NCBI GenBank assembly: GCA_902510475.1
Contig: CABXCC010000001.1
Coordinates: 18,954-82,953 of the forward strand
From: an uncultured Bacteroidota bacterium
GTDB lineage: Bacteria; Bacteroidota; Bacteroidia; Flavobacteriales; Flavobacteriaceae
DNA length: 64,000 nt
Direction of reading: 5' to 3'
The position numbers were made by a program, and so were the translations under genes. Each line of letters begins with the position of its first letter. Positions within the stretch are counted from its first letter, which is position 1. The notes beneath the pieces are model-generated. The model ran no database searches. It had not been told where the DNA came from and saw only the letters and a program-made list of their open reading frames with translations. Shown here in pieces: positions 8,575 to 16,772 of this stretch.

Positions 8575-9540
8575 TCAAACTAATTTAAAATGATAGCTGG
8601 TTTTAGAATAATAATCTGTGTTGGCTTTAATTATTGTTGATGGAAATGAATTGACATTTGGAGAATTTGGAAAGTGTTGAGTTTCTAGGCATAAACCTTG
8701 ATTTTTTGAAAAGACCCCTTTTAAGTGATTTCCTGTATATAATTGGATTCCTGGCTGATCAGTGGATATTTGAATTAATCTACCTGATTCTAATTCTGAT
8801 AACTCAGCAGCTATTTTTTGACCTTTATTCAAAATAAAACAATGATCATATCCCTTGGCAATATTTAATTGCTCATCATTTTTATTTAAATCAACACCTA
8901 TTACTTTTCCACTTCTAAAATCAAAAGGGGTTGAATCAACATTTTTAAAATTACCCATGGGAATAAAACCTTTGTCAACATCTAAAATTTTTTTAGAATT
9001 TATTTTTAATCTGTGATTAACTATTGTTTTATTATTCGGATTTAAATTGAAGTAGGGGTGAATAGTTGGGTTAAAATGTGTGTCTTGGTCAGAATTAGCA
9101 AAAAATTCTACATCAAAAATATTATTTTTGGTAATAGTATATTTTACTTTAACTTTCAAATTTCCAGGGTAACCACATTCCAAATGCTTACTTAGGTGAC
9201 TTAATGTTAAAGTATTTTCCGAGTGGTTTTCAATAATAAATTCTGTTTTGTGAAATCCATTACTTCCTCCATGTAAATGATTTAAGCCCTCATTTTGCTC
9301 AAGTTCATATTTTATTCCATTAATATTAAAACTGCTATTATTTATTCTATTAGCGTATCTACCAATTAAAGCACCTAAAAAAAATTTATCATCTAAATAA
9401 TCCTCAGGATCATTATAGTTTAAAATAACATTTTCAGTTTTACCGAATTTATCTGGTAAATTTATCTCTTGGATGATTCCCGCGTAGGAAAGTAATCTTA
9501 CAGAAATGCCATTATTATTAGAAATTTTAAATGACTTCAT
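8575..9540 (-). CDS. galM: Aldose 1-epimerase (mutarotase) family protein
   Basis: Motifs NHLHGG, HPYFNL and GLCLETQHFPNSPN are typical of galactose mutarotase-like enzymes. The length is 321 aa. Confidence 0.8.
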   Translation of the reverse strand: MKSFKISNNNGISVRLLSYAGIIQEINLPDKFGKTENVILNYNDPEDYLDDKFFLGALIGRYANRINNSSFNINGIKYELEQNEGLNHLHGGSNGFHKTEFIIENHSENTLTLSHLSKHLECGYPGNLKVKVKYTITKNNIFDVEFFANSDQDTHFNPTIHPYFNLNPNNKTIVNHRLKINSKKILDVDKGFIPMGNFKNVDSTPFDFRSGKVIGVDLNKNDEQLNIAKGYDHCFILNKGQKIAAELSELESGRLIQISTDQPGIQLYTGNHLKGVFSKNQGLCLETQHFPNSPNVNSFPSTIIKANTDYYSKTSYHFKLV

Positions 9541-9558
9541 ATTAAAACCAATATAAAT

Positions 9559-11060
9559 TTAATTTATAATAAGTTTTTTGGTTAATCTATCATGCCCTGA
9601 CTCTAATTTAATCACGTAAATACCACTTGCCATTCCAAGAGTTGAAATTGTCTGTGTATTTACATTATTACTTAAAGAAGTATCTAACACTTTTCTTCCA
9701 ATAATGTTATACAAATTAACCTTAATATTGTTTGATTGAGTAGCTAAACCTTCTAATGTAATATATTTAGAGTTGATTTCTTTATATGCATTTAACATGC
9801 TAGTTGATACTTCTTCATTACTCATTGTATCAGCACTAAAATGGATAAAGAATCTACCAGCCTCTATTAAATCACTTAGAGGAGTCAAAATAAAATCATC
9901 AACCTTTAAATCTGTTATAGTCCCCTCTTCAACGTCTTCTAAATAAACATTAACATCCCCGACATTAGCAGTAAATAGATTAACTCTAAATTCTTGACCT
10001 GCGGACTGATTAATCACAAGAGGTATAATTGTATTGTCTAATGCCTCAACAGGAAGTTGTTGTCGTTCAAAGTTTACCCCCTCGTCACCCTCTGCAAGCC
10101 TTGTTGTAATTCCTGCACCTTGATAAAAATTTCCTAAATCATAACCAGGATCTAAACCTAAGTTTTTATCGTACTGAAATTTAATATGGGTATCTTCAAT
10201 AAAAAGATCTTCATTGTAAATGTGTAAAGTAATTTTTGTAGGAACCTCTATGTCTCCAGAAATAAAGTCATCAGCACCTGTAGTTGTTTGCATAGACACT
10301 GTAAAGTTAATATCAGTGGTGCTGGAGCTATTGGCGGCAATCATAAAACCTTGACCAGGAGCAATGTATACAGGAGTATCATTATCGTTATAATCTTGCC
10401 CATAGCTGGTATAACCAGCTCCGTCATCATTGTATCCATAAATTCCAAGGTAATTACTATCTATCACAGATGAATTTAAAGTAAGAAAGTTATTTGATCC
10501 GTTGCTAGTATCATCATTAGCACTTAAAAAAGAAGGGTAGGGGTTTGCAATTAAATTCCACCTGTAGCCCGATGAGCCACTGTTATTTATTATAGATTGA
10601 GATTCATTAGAGGTAGAAATAGTTCCCTCAAAAGCCATTGTTTCGCCACTATCCGTACCCATCTGATATCCTTTTCCAATATCAAAATTATCAGCACTAG
10701 CAATGGTACTTGTAGTATAATTTGTCCATGCAGCATCTACAGAGCTTTGAGAATTATCATAATGACCAATTGCATATTGATTATTCCCACTGCCACCGCC
10801 TGTAGCCAAAGGAGATGCGTTTGTTGTTGCAAATGAACTAATACTTAAACCATCAACAGGTGACCCTATTAAGTCCCATTTATTTGTTCCAACTGAATTA
10901 ACATAGCGATTATAAATAATATTTCCAGTTGAAGACCCTTTGATAATTAGAGAAGAGAATTCGTTACTATCAGAATTTAAATTTACTGTTCCAGAATTAT
11001 TGATAAAGTCACCACTAAGAAATAAAGAAGCGTCTTTATTTATTGTTAACTCAGCACCTG
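9559..11060 (-). repeat. Shared ~500-aa C-terminal module, copy A (paralogous to 13945..15510); the last ~440 bp are highly similar at DNA level
   Basis: Colinear matches between the two proteins: GAELTINKD/GGVLTINRG, NEFSSLI/DQFSALK, KWDLIGSP/NWDLKGSP, RWNLIANPYPSFL/HWNLLANPYSAYL, IAPGQGFMIAANS/LAPGQGFFVSANS. From YLED… to the stop they are nearly identical. Identical DNA runs include acgtaaataccacttgccattccaa and cttcattactcattgtatcagca. Confidence 0.85.
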
Positions 11061-13704
11061 AGTTTATCGTAATATCTTTTAGATTTATATTTAAATTACT
11101 GATCACAGGTTGATTCGTAACATTAGAAATGATTGGTGATCTTCCGCTTGTAGGAACTATTCCATTTGACCAATTTGTTGAGGTATTCCAATCTGTATTA
11201 GTTGAGCCAGTCCATGAATTTCTAAGCTCATAGGCACCTAAATCATAATTTTGTCCTTGTGGTCTGTAGGCCCCTAATATATCATTTTCAGGGGCATAAC
11301 TTGAATTAACTGCATCAATAGCTTCACTCCATGAAATTGATAGATTATAATCTCTGTTTGCTAAAGTGTTATTTGTTGCATCTTCAAATTGAGGCATAGA
11401 GCTAATAAAGTTAGATGAGGCTAAAGATTGATTACCTCCAGTAAGGGATAAACTGATAGTTGCTGTATTGCTACCCGATGAAATTGATGGAGTTGTTGAG
11501 CTACAAACGTATTTCGTATTTCCTTCATTCAAGTTTATTGATGATGAACTTCCAGAGCTACAATTAGTATATGTGATAGTTGAAGTTAAGTTTGTACCTC
11601 CATTGCCGTCGCTTTCTAGTGCTAGTTTATAATGTGGTCTAGCCAGGTTTTCGTTTGTCCCAAAATCAACACCTGAAGTTGACCAGTTATTTTCTACATA
11701 ATTAACATATGCTCTGTCATTACCATTTTTTGGCACACTTATATTATTAAAAATTTTTGCATTATTTGATGAGTGTACAACGATTCCAGTATAATTTTGT
11801 CTACCTTCAGCTAGTGGGGTTTTCCAAGAAGAACTGCTTCCTTCATTACTCACATATGTGTGATTTCCTGCTGAGATCCAATCACTATCGGCTTCAGACG
11901 GGACCTGTCCGTTTTCATAAACTGTATTATTATAAACCTTTGCGTCATCAGTCTTGTGAACAACAACTCCATTCATTCCATTTGCATAAGAAACATTATT
12001 AGAAAACAGAAATCCTCCATTATAATTTCCATGAACACCATAATTTGGATTTGATCCGCTGACATCGTCAGAATCGTATGCATTTCTTGTAATATAACAC
12101 CCTGATCCGTCAACAATTTTATTCCTTCCTCCACAAGCATATGAATCTTTATTTGGATCATATGAACCACCAGTTTCACAATCATATTGTGGATTAAAAT
12201 AAACTATTTTATTAATATTTCCATAGGTGATATTATTAGTGATTCTCATTTTTATTTTTGAAGAGGAATCATCATCGTCTCTGTTTCTGCTTTGAGCAAT
12301 TACAATTCCACTTTCTCCATTATAGGACCACCATGTATTATTATAAACTGTATTATTGGAAACCCTGACATAATCTGAATTATTAAATCTTATACCAGAA
12401 TTTGGACAATCATAAACCGAGTTATTATGAATATTTAAGTAATATCCTCCCCATACAACAATTCCCCTTCCATGATACATATTTCTTATTGCGGTGGTAT
12501 TTGACGAGCTTGCGGTTCGAAGATTAATTGCATTAGTCCTGTTAGAACTCGCTTCTGCGTAGGTTATCTCCTGGTTTGGGCCTTGAATTTCAAATCCAGC
12601 AACTTCCATAAATGTTACAATCCAACTATGGTTATGATTTCCTGAAACACCTCCAGTTGCATTGTTGTATCCAGATCCAGAACCAAATTGAAATCCAGCC
12701 TTTCCGTCGAATAAAATCTTTGGTGTATCATGTGTTCCATTGTTATCTACATAATTTCTGATAACAATAGGTCTGTCAATTGAACCGTTTTTATCAGCAA
12801 GTAGTTTACTTCCACTATTTGCACTTCCGTTTCCACTAGAGTCATAATTTGTATACCTGTCAATTTTTAAATAAGGCTCATTATTATCTGTTAGAGCATC
12901 ACTTGTTTGAGGATCTTCACCCCATGTTTCATTGCTCCCATCCCAATTATCGTTCTTGTAAGTTCCAGCTCTAACATATATTAAATCTCCAGGTAACCAA
13001 TTTGTATTTAGTAATATAGCATCATTAATATTTTGATATGGATTATTAAAGGATCCATTACCCCCTGAGCTAGTACTACTTCCATTAGTTCCATCTCCAA
13101 CATACCAAATATTAAAAGGTGTAGAAGCTGTTTCTTTTTCTAAAACCACATTATCTAGTCTATAAGTTCCAGTGGATTTAAAATTAATCCTAAATCTTCC
13201 TGCTCCGTTTTCTGACGCTGTTGGAGTACTCATTTTGAGTCTCATATAGTGCCAACCCTTATATCTGATGGTATATGAAGCACTAGATAATGAACTACCC
13301 TCGGCTCCATTTTTAACAATATTAAAATCTAATTCATCACCTAACTCACCTTTTATATAAAAGGAAACATTCCAACTGTCGTTAGTCGAATAATCAAATA
13401 AACAGCCATTACTTACACTGTTTTTTGTCATTATTCTAACATTATTATTTGTGTAATCATCTGTTCCTGAAACCACTGCTTTTAATGATCCAGCATCAGA
13501 TGAGCCAATAGTATCAAAGAAAAAATCTGAATTATCTAATGAAAAAATTCCGTCTCCACCACCTGTATACCAACTATTTAATCCGTTAGCACCATCGAAA
13601 TAGCCTCCTATATTATCTGAATCAGAAACTGTATTTAGGCATTGTGAAATTAGTTGGGTATTAAAAGAAAGTCCTAAAAGGAAAAATAAGATACTTCTAA
13701 TCAT
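9559..13704 (-). CDS. Giant (1381 aa) secreted T9SS cargo protein: N-terminal jelly-roll/CBM-like domain, right-handed parallel beta-helix region, shared C-terminal module, Por sorting tail
   Basis: Signal peptide MIRSILFFLLGLSFNTQLISQ. Beta-helix turns recur (NNSVYDCPNSGIRFNNSDYVRVSNNTVYNN, ITNNITYGN, FSNNVSYANGMNGVVVHKTDDAKVYNNTVYENG, SSNNAKIFNNISV). The region closes with DILGAYRPQGQNYDLGAYE. The C-terminus (…NLYNIIGRKVLDTSL…GIYVIKLESGHDRLTKKLIIN) is T9SS CTD-like. Confidence 0.85.
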   Translation of the reverse strand: MIRSILFFLLGLSFNTQLISQCLNTVSDSDNIGGYFDGANGLNSWYTGGGDGIFSLDNSDFFFDTIGSSDAGSLKAVVSGTDDYTNNNVRIMTKNSVSNGCLFDYSTNDSWNVSFYIKGELGDELDFNIVKNGAEGSSLSSASYTIRYKGWHYMRLKMSTPTASENGAGRFRINFKSTGTYRLDNVVLEKETASTPFNIWYVGDGTNGSSTSSGGNGSFNNPYQNINDAILLNTNWLPGDLIYVRAGTYKNDNWDGSNETWGEDPQTSDALTDNNEPYLKIDRYTNYDSSGNGSANSGSKLLADKNGSIDRPIVIRNYVDNNGTHDTPKILFDGKAGFQFGSGSGYNNATGGVSGNHNHSWIVTFMEVAGFEIQGPNQEITYAEASSNRTNAINLRTASSSNTTAIRNMYHGRGIVVWGGYYLNIHNNSVYDCPNSGIRFNNSDYVRVSNNTVYNNTWWSYNGESGIVIAQSRNRDDDDSSSKIKMRITNNITYGNINKIVYFNPQYDCETGGSYDPNKDSYACGGRNKIVDGSGCYITRNAYDSDDVSGSNPNYGVHGNYNGGFLFSNNVSYANGMNGVVVHKTDDAKVYNNTVYENGQVPSEADSDWISAGNHTYVSNEGSSSSWKTPLAEGRQNYTGIVVHSSNNAKIFNNISVPKNGNDRAYVNYVENNWSTSGVDFGTNENLARPHYKLALESDGNGGTNLTSTITYTNCSSGSSSSINLNEGNTKYVCSSTTPSISSGSNTATISLSLTGGNQSLASSNFISSMPQFEDATNNTLANRDYNLSISWSEAIDAVNSSYAPENDILGAYRPQGQNYDLGAYELRNSWTGSTNTDWNTSTNWSNGIVPTSGRSPIISNVTNQPVISNLNINLKDITINSGAELTINKDASLFLSGDFINNSGTVNLNSDSNEFSSLIIKGSSTGNIIYNRYVNSVGTNKWDLIGSPVDGLSISSFATTNASPLATGGGSGNNQYAIGHYDNSQSSVDAAWTNYTTSTIASADNFDIGKGYQMGTDSGETMAFEGTISTSNESQSIINNSGSSGYRWNLIANPYPSFLSANDDTSNGSNNFLTLNSSVIDSNYLGIYGYNDDGAGYTSYGQDYNDNDTPVYIAPGQGFMIAANSSSTTDINFTVSMQTTTGADDFISGDIEVPTKITLHIYNEDLFIEDTHIKFQYDKNLGLDPGYDLGNFYQGAGITTRLAEGDEGVNFERQQLPVEALDNTIIPLVINQSAGQEFRVNLFTANVGDVNVYLEDVEEGTITDLKVDDFILTPLSDLIEAGRFFIHFSADTMSNEEVSTSMLNAYKEINSKYITLEGLATQSNNIKVNLYNIIGRKVLDTSLSNNVNTQTISTLGMASGIYVIKLESGHDRLTKKLIIN

Positions 13705-13720
13705 AGGAATATTATTTTCC

Positions 13721-13728
13721 CAAAAATA
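13721..13728 (-). promoter_or_regulatory. Candidate Bacteroidota sigma-A -7 box (TATTTTTG on the coding strand) for the 1381-aa gene
   Basis: Forward CAAAAATA is the reverse complement of TAnnTTTG. It lies 17 nt upstream of the ATG at 13704. No clear -33 TTG was verified. Confidence 0.4.
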
Positions 13729-13795
13729 ATTAATAGGTGTATAACATGAAAGCCTCAGTTAAACAAGATATAAACAAGGCTCTAATTATTTTTAA

Positions 13796-13942
13796 TTAAT
13801 CCCAACCAGGAGGGCCTTGCGGTGCTGAACTAGCTTGAGCCTTCTTAGGGTTTAAAATAGCGAAGGTTCCAATAGCAGTTAACGCTGCATATTTCCCCAT
13901 CTTCTTTATTGCTTGTTTTCTAGTAATACCTGTCTTTTTCAT
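13796..13942 (-). CDS. Unlisted 48-aa ORF: Tat/Sec-like signal peptide followed by an 11-residue tail (MKKTGITRKQAIKKMGKYAALTAIGTFAILNPKKAQASSAPQGPPGWD)
   Basis: Hand translation of the minus strand. The ATG (13940-13942) starts 2 nt after the stop of the upstream 865-aa gene. The peptide has a basic n-region with T-R-K-x-x-I-K (Tat-like), a Gly/Thr-rich h-region, a basic c-region and an AQA|SS cleavage-type site. A relic copy at 6713..6812 differs mostly by synonymous changes, which argues for coding constraint. It falls below the size cut-off of the supplied ORF track. Confidence 0.55.
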   Translation of the reverse strand: MKKTGITRKQAIKKMGKYAALTAIGTFAILNPKKAQASSAPQGPPGWD

Positions 13943-13944
13943 AA

Positions 13945-15510
13945 TTATTGAATTATAAGTTTCTTAGTTAATCTATCATTTCCTGACTCCAATTCAATTA
14001 CGTAAATACCACTTGCCATTCCAACAGTTGAGATGGTTTGTGTGTTTACAGAATTACTTAGAGAAGTATCAAGTACTTTTGTTCCAAGAATGTTGTATAA
14101 ACTAACGTTAATATTATTCGATTGAGTAGCTAAACCTTCAATTGTAATGTAATTTGCATTAACCTGCTTATACGCATTTAACATACTTGTTGATACATCT
14201 TCATTACTCATTGTATCAGCAGTCATATGGATAAAAAATCTACCAGCGCCACTAAGTTCATCGGTTGGTGTTAATATAAAGTCACCAGCCTTAAGATCAG
14301 TCATAGTACCTTCTACGGCATCCTCTAAGTAAATATTAAGATCAGCGGGAGTTGTTCTATGTGAAATGCTAACAGTCATCTCTTCATTAGCCAATGCGTT
14401 TATTCCTAGTGGAATTATTTTATTCCACATCTCAAAGTAAGATAGGCATTGAACATCTAATCTTTGAGTTTGATCCCCTTCGACCAGTTTAGAATACAAA
14501 TCAATAATATTTTCAGTAGGGAATTTTAAACCATCATAATCTACGTCAAATTCATCAGACATATTCTCAATAAAAAATAGTCTTGTAAACCCTTTAAATG
14601 AATTTTGTTCCAAGTCTAAAAATAATTCTCCTCCATTTTCTTCAATTGCATCACCAGAAATTGCATCGTCAGTTGTTGGAGAACTCATAGCGGACATTGT
14701 TGTCAGCATTCCTTCTGTAAATTGAAATACTGCATTATCAGAATTAGCAGATACAAAAAAACCTTGACCTGGTGCTAAAAAATTAGTTCCAGCTTGTGTA
14801 ATTGTTGTGTAGCCACTGGAACCATTCCACACATAGAAACCTTTTTGATCTGTTATATTTCCTAAAACATTATTAGCAACTGTATTTTTTTGCCATAAGT
14901 TTGTTCCAGTTCCTGCGTCTGACTGGGCGTTACCATTTAATGCTAGGTAAGCTGAATATGGATTTGCAAGTAAATTCCAATGACCAGCATCATCACCAGC
15001 ATTAGCCATAGTATATGAGACCGTTGCGGAAGTTTCAATTCCACCAGAAACATAAATAACACCACCTGCTCCTGAATTACTATTTTGAGCCATTGCATAG
15101 CCTTTTCCGTTTGTACTAGGACTAGCTGATGGGTCATTAATTGTAGTGCTACCTCCAACGGTATTGGAACCCCAAATGTCTGACCCAGTGTTCCATTCAA
15201 AAAGTGCATAATTTGTAACACCACTTATGTTTCCTGAAGCTAAATTGCTTGCATTAAGAGTTCCAGGGCTTAGAGGAGAACCTTTAAGATCCCAGTTTTG
15301 GTTTGTATCAGTAGCGTGAACTGCATCACCATTAACGAACATGTTGTATATCATTCTATATCCTGGAGCAGTTCCGTCAGCTTTCAAAGCTGAAAACTGA
15401 TCACTATCTGATTGAAAAATAATATTTCCTGATGAAGTATTTGAATCGGTAAAATCTCCTTTAACGTGAATTTCACTCCCTCTATTTATTGTTAAAACAC
15501 CACCATTATC
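13945..15510 (-). repeat. Shared C-terminal module, copy B (paralogous to 9559..11060)
   Basis: See copy A. The alignment is colinear at protein level, and about 80% DNA identity by eye over 13945..14390 versus 9559..10000. Confidence 0.85.
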
Positions 15511-16542
15511 CACTAAGAGATTTCCGTTGACTTGAAGCAGTCTAGGGTAGTTTTCATTATCTGAAACCCCATCACTATTATTTCCTTCACTGTGCTGAAT
15601 AGTAAATCTTCCGTCATTATCATTGGTTCCATCACTATCACTATCTGTTGATGTATCGGAGTCACCTTCAATTCTTAGGTTATTAATTATAAATGAAGTT
15701 TCTTTTAAATCTGGATAATTAGTTGTAAGATCCTTAGGAATAACTAAATCTTCGTACTGTGAAGGTATAAATGCAGCTGTGGTAGCCACCCCATAATTAT
15801 ATCTGTTAGAAATTTTATCACTACCAGAACCATCCCATTTGGTATCAATTCCAGTGACAGTTATATCATCAATCCAAAATGTACCTGTTACATTACCATG
15901 AAGATCTATAGTGAATCTTAATCCATTTGTTATTGTAGAAAAATCTTGGCTTGCATTTACCCCTAAATTAACGGAAACTGTAGTCCATCCTGACTGAGCA
16001 TTTACCGTTTGCCATCCACTTCTATCCCATTTAGTGCTAGTTGCTCCATCCCTGATGGCACCTCTTACACAATTAGTAATAGCAGATCCATTTTCACTAT
16101 AAATACTAAATGACAAAGTTACATCATCAGCTGACTGTAGAGGAGAATTACCTGTAATCAGATTTAACGCCATATTAGTGTCTAATAAGTTGCTGTTTTG
16201 ATTTGATCCACGTTTAGTCATAATTCCTCCTGCTGAGCTACCAGATTTAGTAACTTTAATACTTCCGCTTCCGTCAGAAGTTTTACTCTTGGAAGAATCA
16301 AAATCAATTGTTATTCCGGCACTTCCATTCTGAAATTCAGCCCAGTATATGTGTGGTGTAGTAGCCGAATTGTATAAGTAAGTTAAGTCTCCGCCATATT
16401 CAAAACTTGTTCCGTCTGCAGCACTTGTTGGATTAGAAAAGGTGGTTTCTATTAATCCTTTTGCAGCAGCATTTCCAGCTAATTGAGCAGTTGAAATATT
16501 GTAACTTAAAAATAATAAAATGATTGGTAATATTTTATTCAT
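13945..16542 (-). CDS. Large (865 aa) secreted T9SS cargo protein: N-terminal jelly-roll/CBM-like domains plus the same C-terminal module and Por tail as the 1381-aa neighbour
   Basis: Signal peptide MNKILPIILLFLSYNISTAQ. The N-terminal region ends …GTFWIDDITVTG (lectin/CBM-like). A D/S/N-rich linker follows (SDTSTDSDSDGTNDNDG). The C-terminal ~520 aa are paralogous to 9559..11060, including the T9SS CTD (…GIYVIELESGNDRLTKKLIIQ). Confidence 0.85.
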   Translation of the reverse strand: MNKILPIILLFLSYNISTAQLAGNAAAKGLIETTFSNPTSAADGTSFEYGGDLTYLYNSATTPHIYWAEFQNGSAGITIDFDSSKSKTSDGSGSIKVTKSGSSAGGIMTKRGSNQNSNLLDTNMALNLITGNSPLQSADDVTLSFSIYSENGSAITNCVRGAIRDGATSTKWDRSGWQTVNAQSGWTTVSVNLGVNASQDFSTITNGLRFTIDLHGNVTGTFWIDDITVTGIDTKWDGSGSDKISNRYNYGVATTAAFIPSQYEDLVIPKDLTTNYPDLKETSFIINNLRIEGDSDTSTDSDSDGTNDNDGRFTIQHSEGNNSDGVSDNENYPRLLQVNGNLLVDNGGVLTINRGSEIHVKGDFTDSNTSSGNIIFQSDSDQFSALKADGTAPGYRMIYNMFVNGDAVHATDTNQNWDLKGSPLSPGTLNASNLASGNISGVTNYALFEWNTGSDIWGSNTVGGSTTINDPSASPSTNGKGYAMAQNSNSGAGGVIYVSGGIETSATVSYTMANAGDDAGHWNLLANPYSAYLALNGNAQSDAGTGTNLWQKNTVANNVLGNITDQKGFYVWNGSSGYTTITQAGTNFLAPGQGFFVSANSDNAVFQFTEGMLTTMSAMSSPTTDDAISGDAIEENGGELFLDLEQNSFKGFTRLFFIENMSDEFDVDYDGLKFPTENIIDLYSKLVEGDQTQRLDVQCLSYFEMWNKIIPLGINALANEEMTVSISHRTTPADLNIYLEDAVEGTMTDLKAGDFILTPTDELSGAGRFFIHMTADTMSNEDVSTSMLNAYKQVNANYITIEGLATQSNNINVSLYNILGTKVLDTSLSNSVNTQTISTVGMASGIYVIELESGNDRLTKKLIIQ

Positions 16543-16606
16543 ACTAAATCAATTAAATTAACTATGACGTTATATTCATGTAAATATAAAAAATACTTTT
16601 ATTAAT

Positions 16607-16623
16607 GTCTTAAATTTTAAGAC
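16607..16623. repeat. Perfect palindrome GTCTTAAA-T-TTTAAGAC in the 230-bp AT-rich divergent intergenic region
   Basis: Read directly from the sequence: 8-bp arms with a 1-nt centre. It lies between the divergent 865-aa gene and the BNR-propeller gene. Confidence 0.5.
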
Positions 16624-16772
16624 AAATTATCATGTATATATCAAAAAAAAAGCTATCTATTTATGATATTAATAAAAAAATAACATAAATTTTATATTAT
16701 TATTATTTAAATTTAATAATTATTAGTAATTATATATTTTTCCTATTTTAGTTACCCTTAAAATTTATAATA

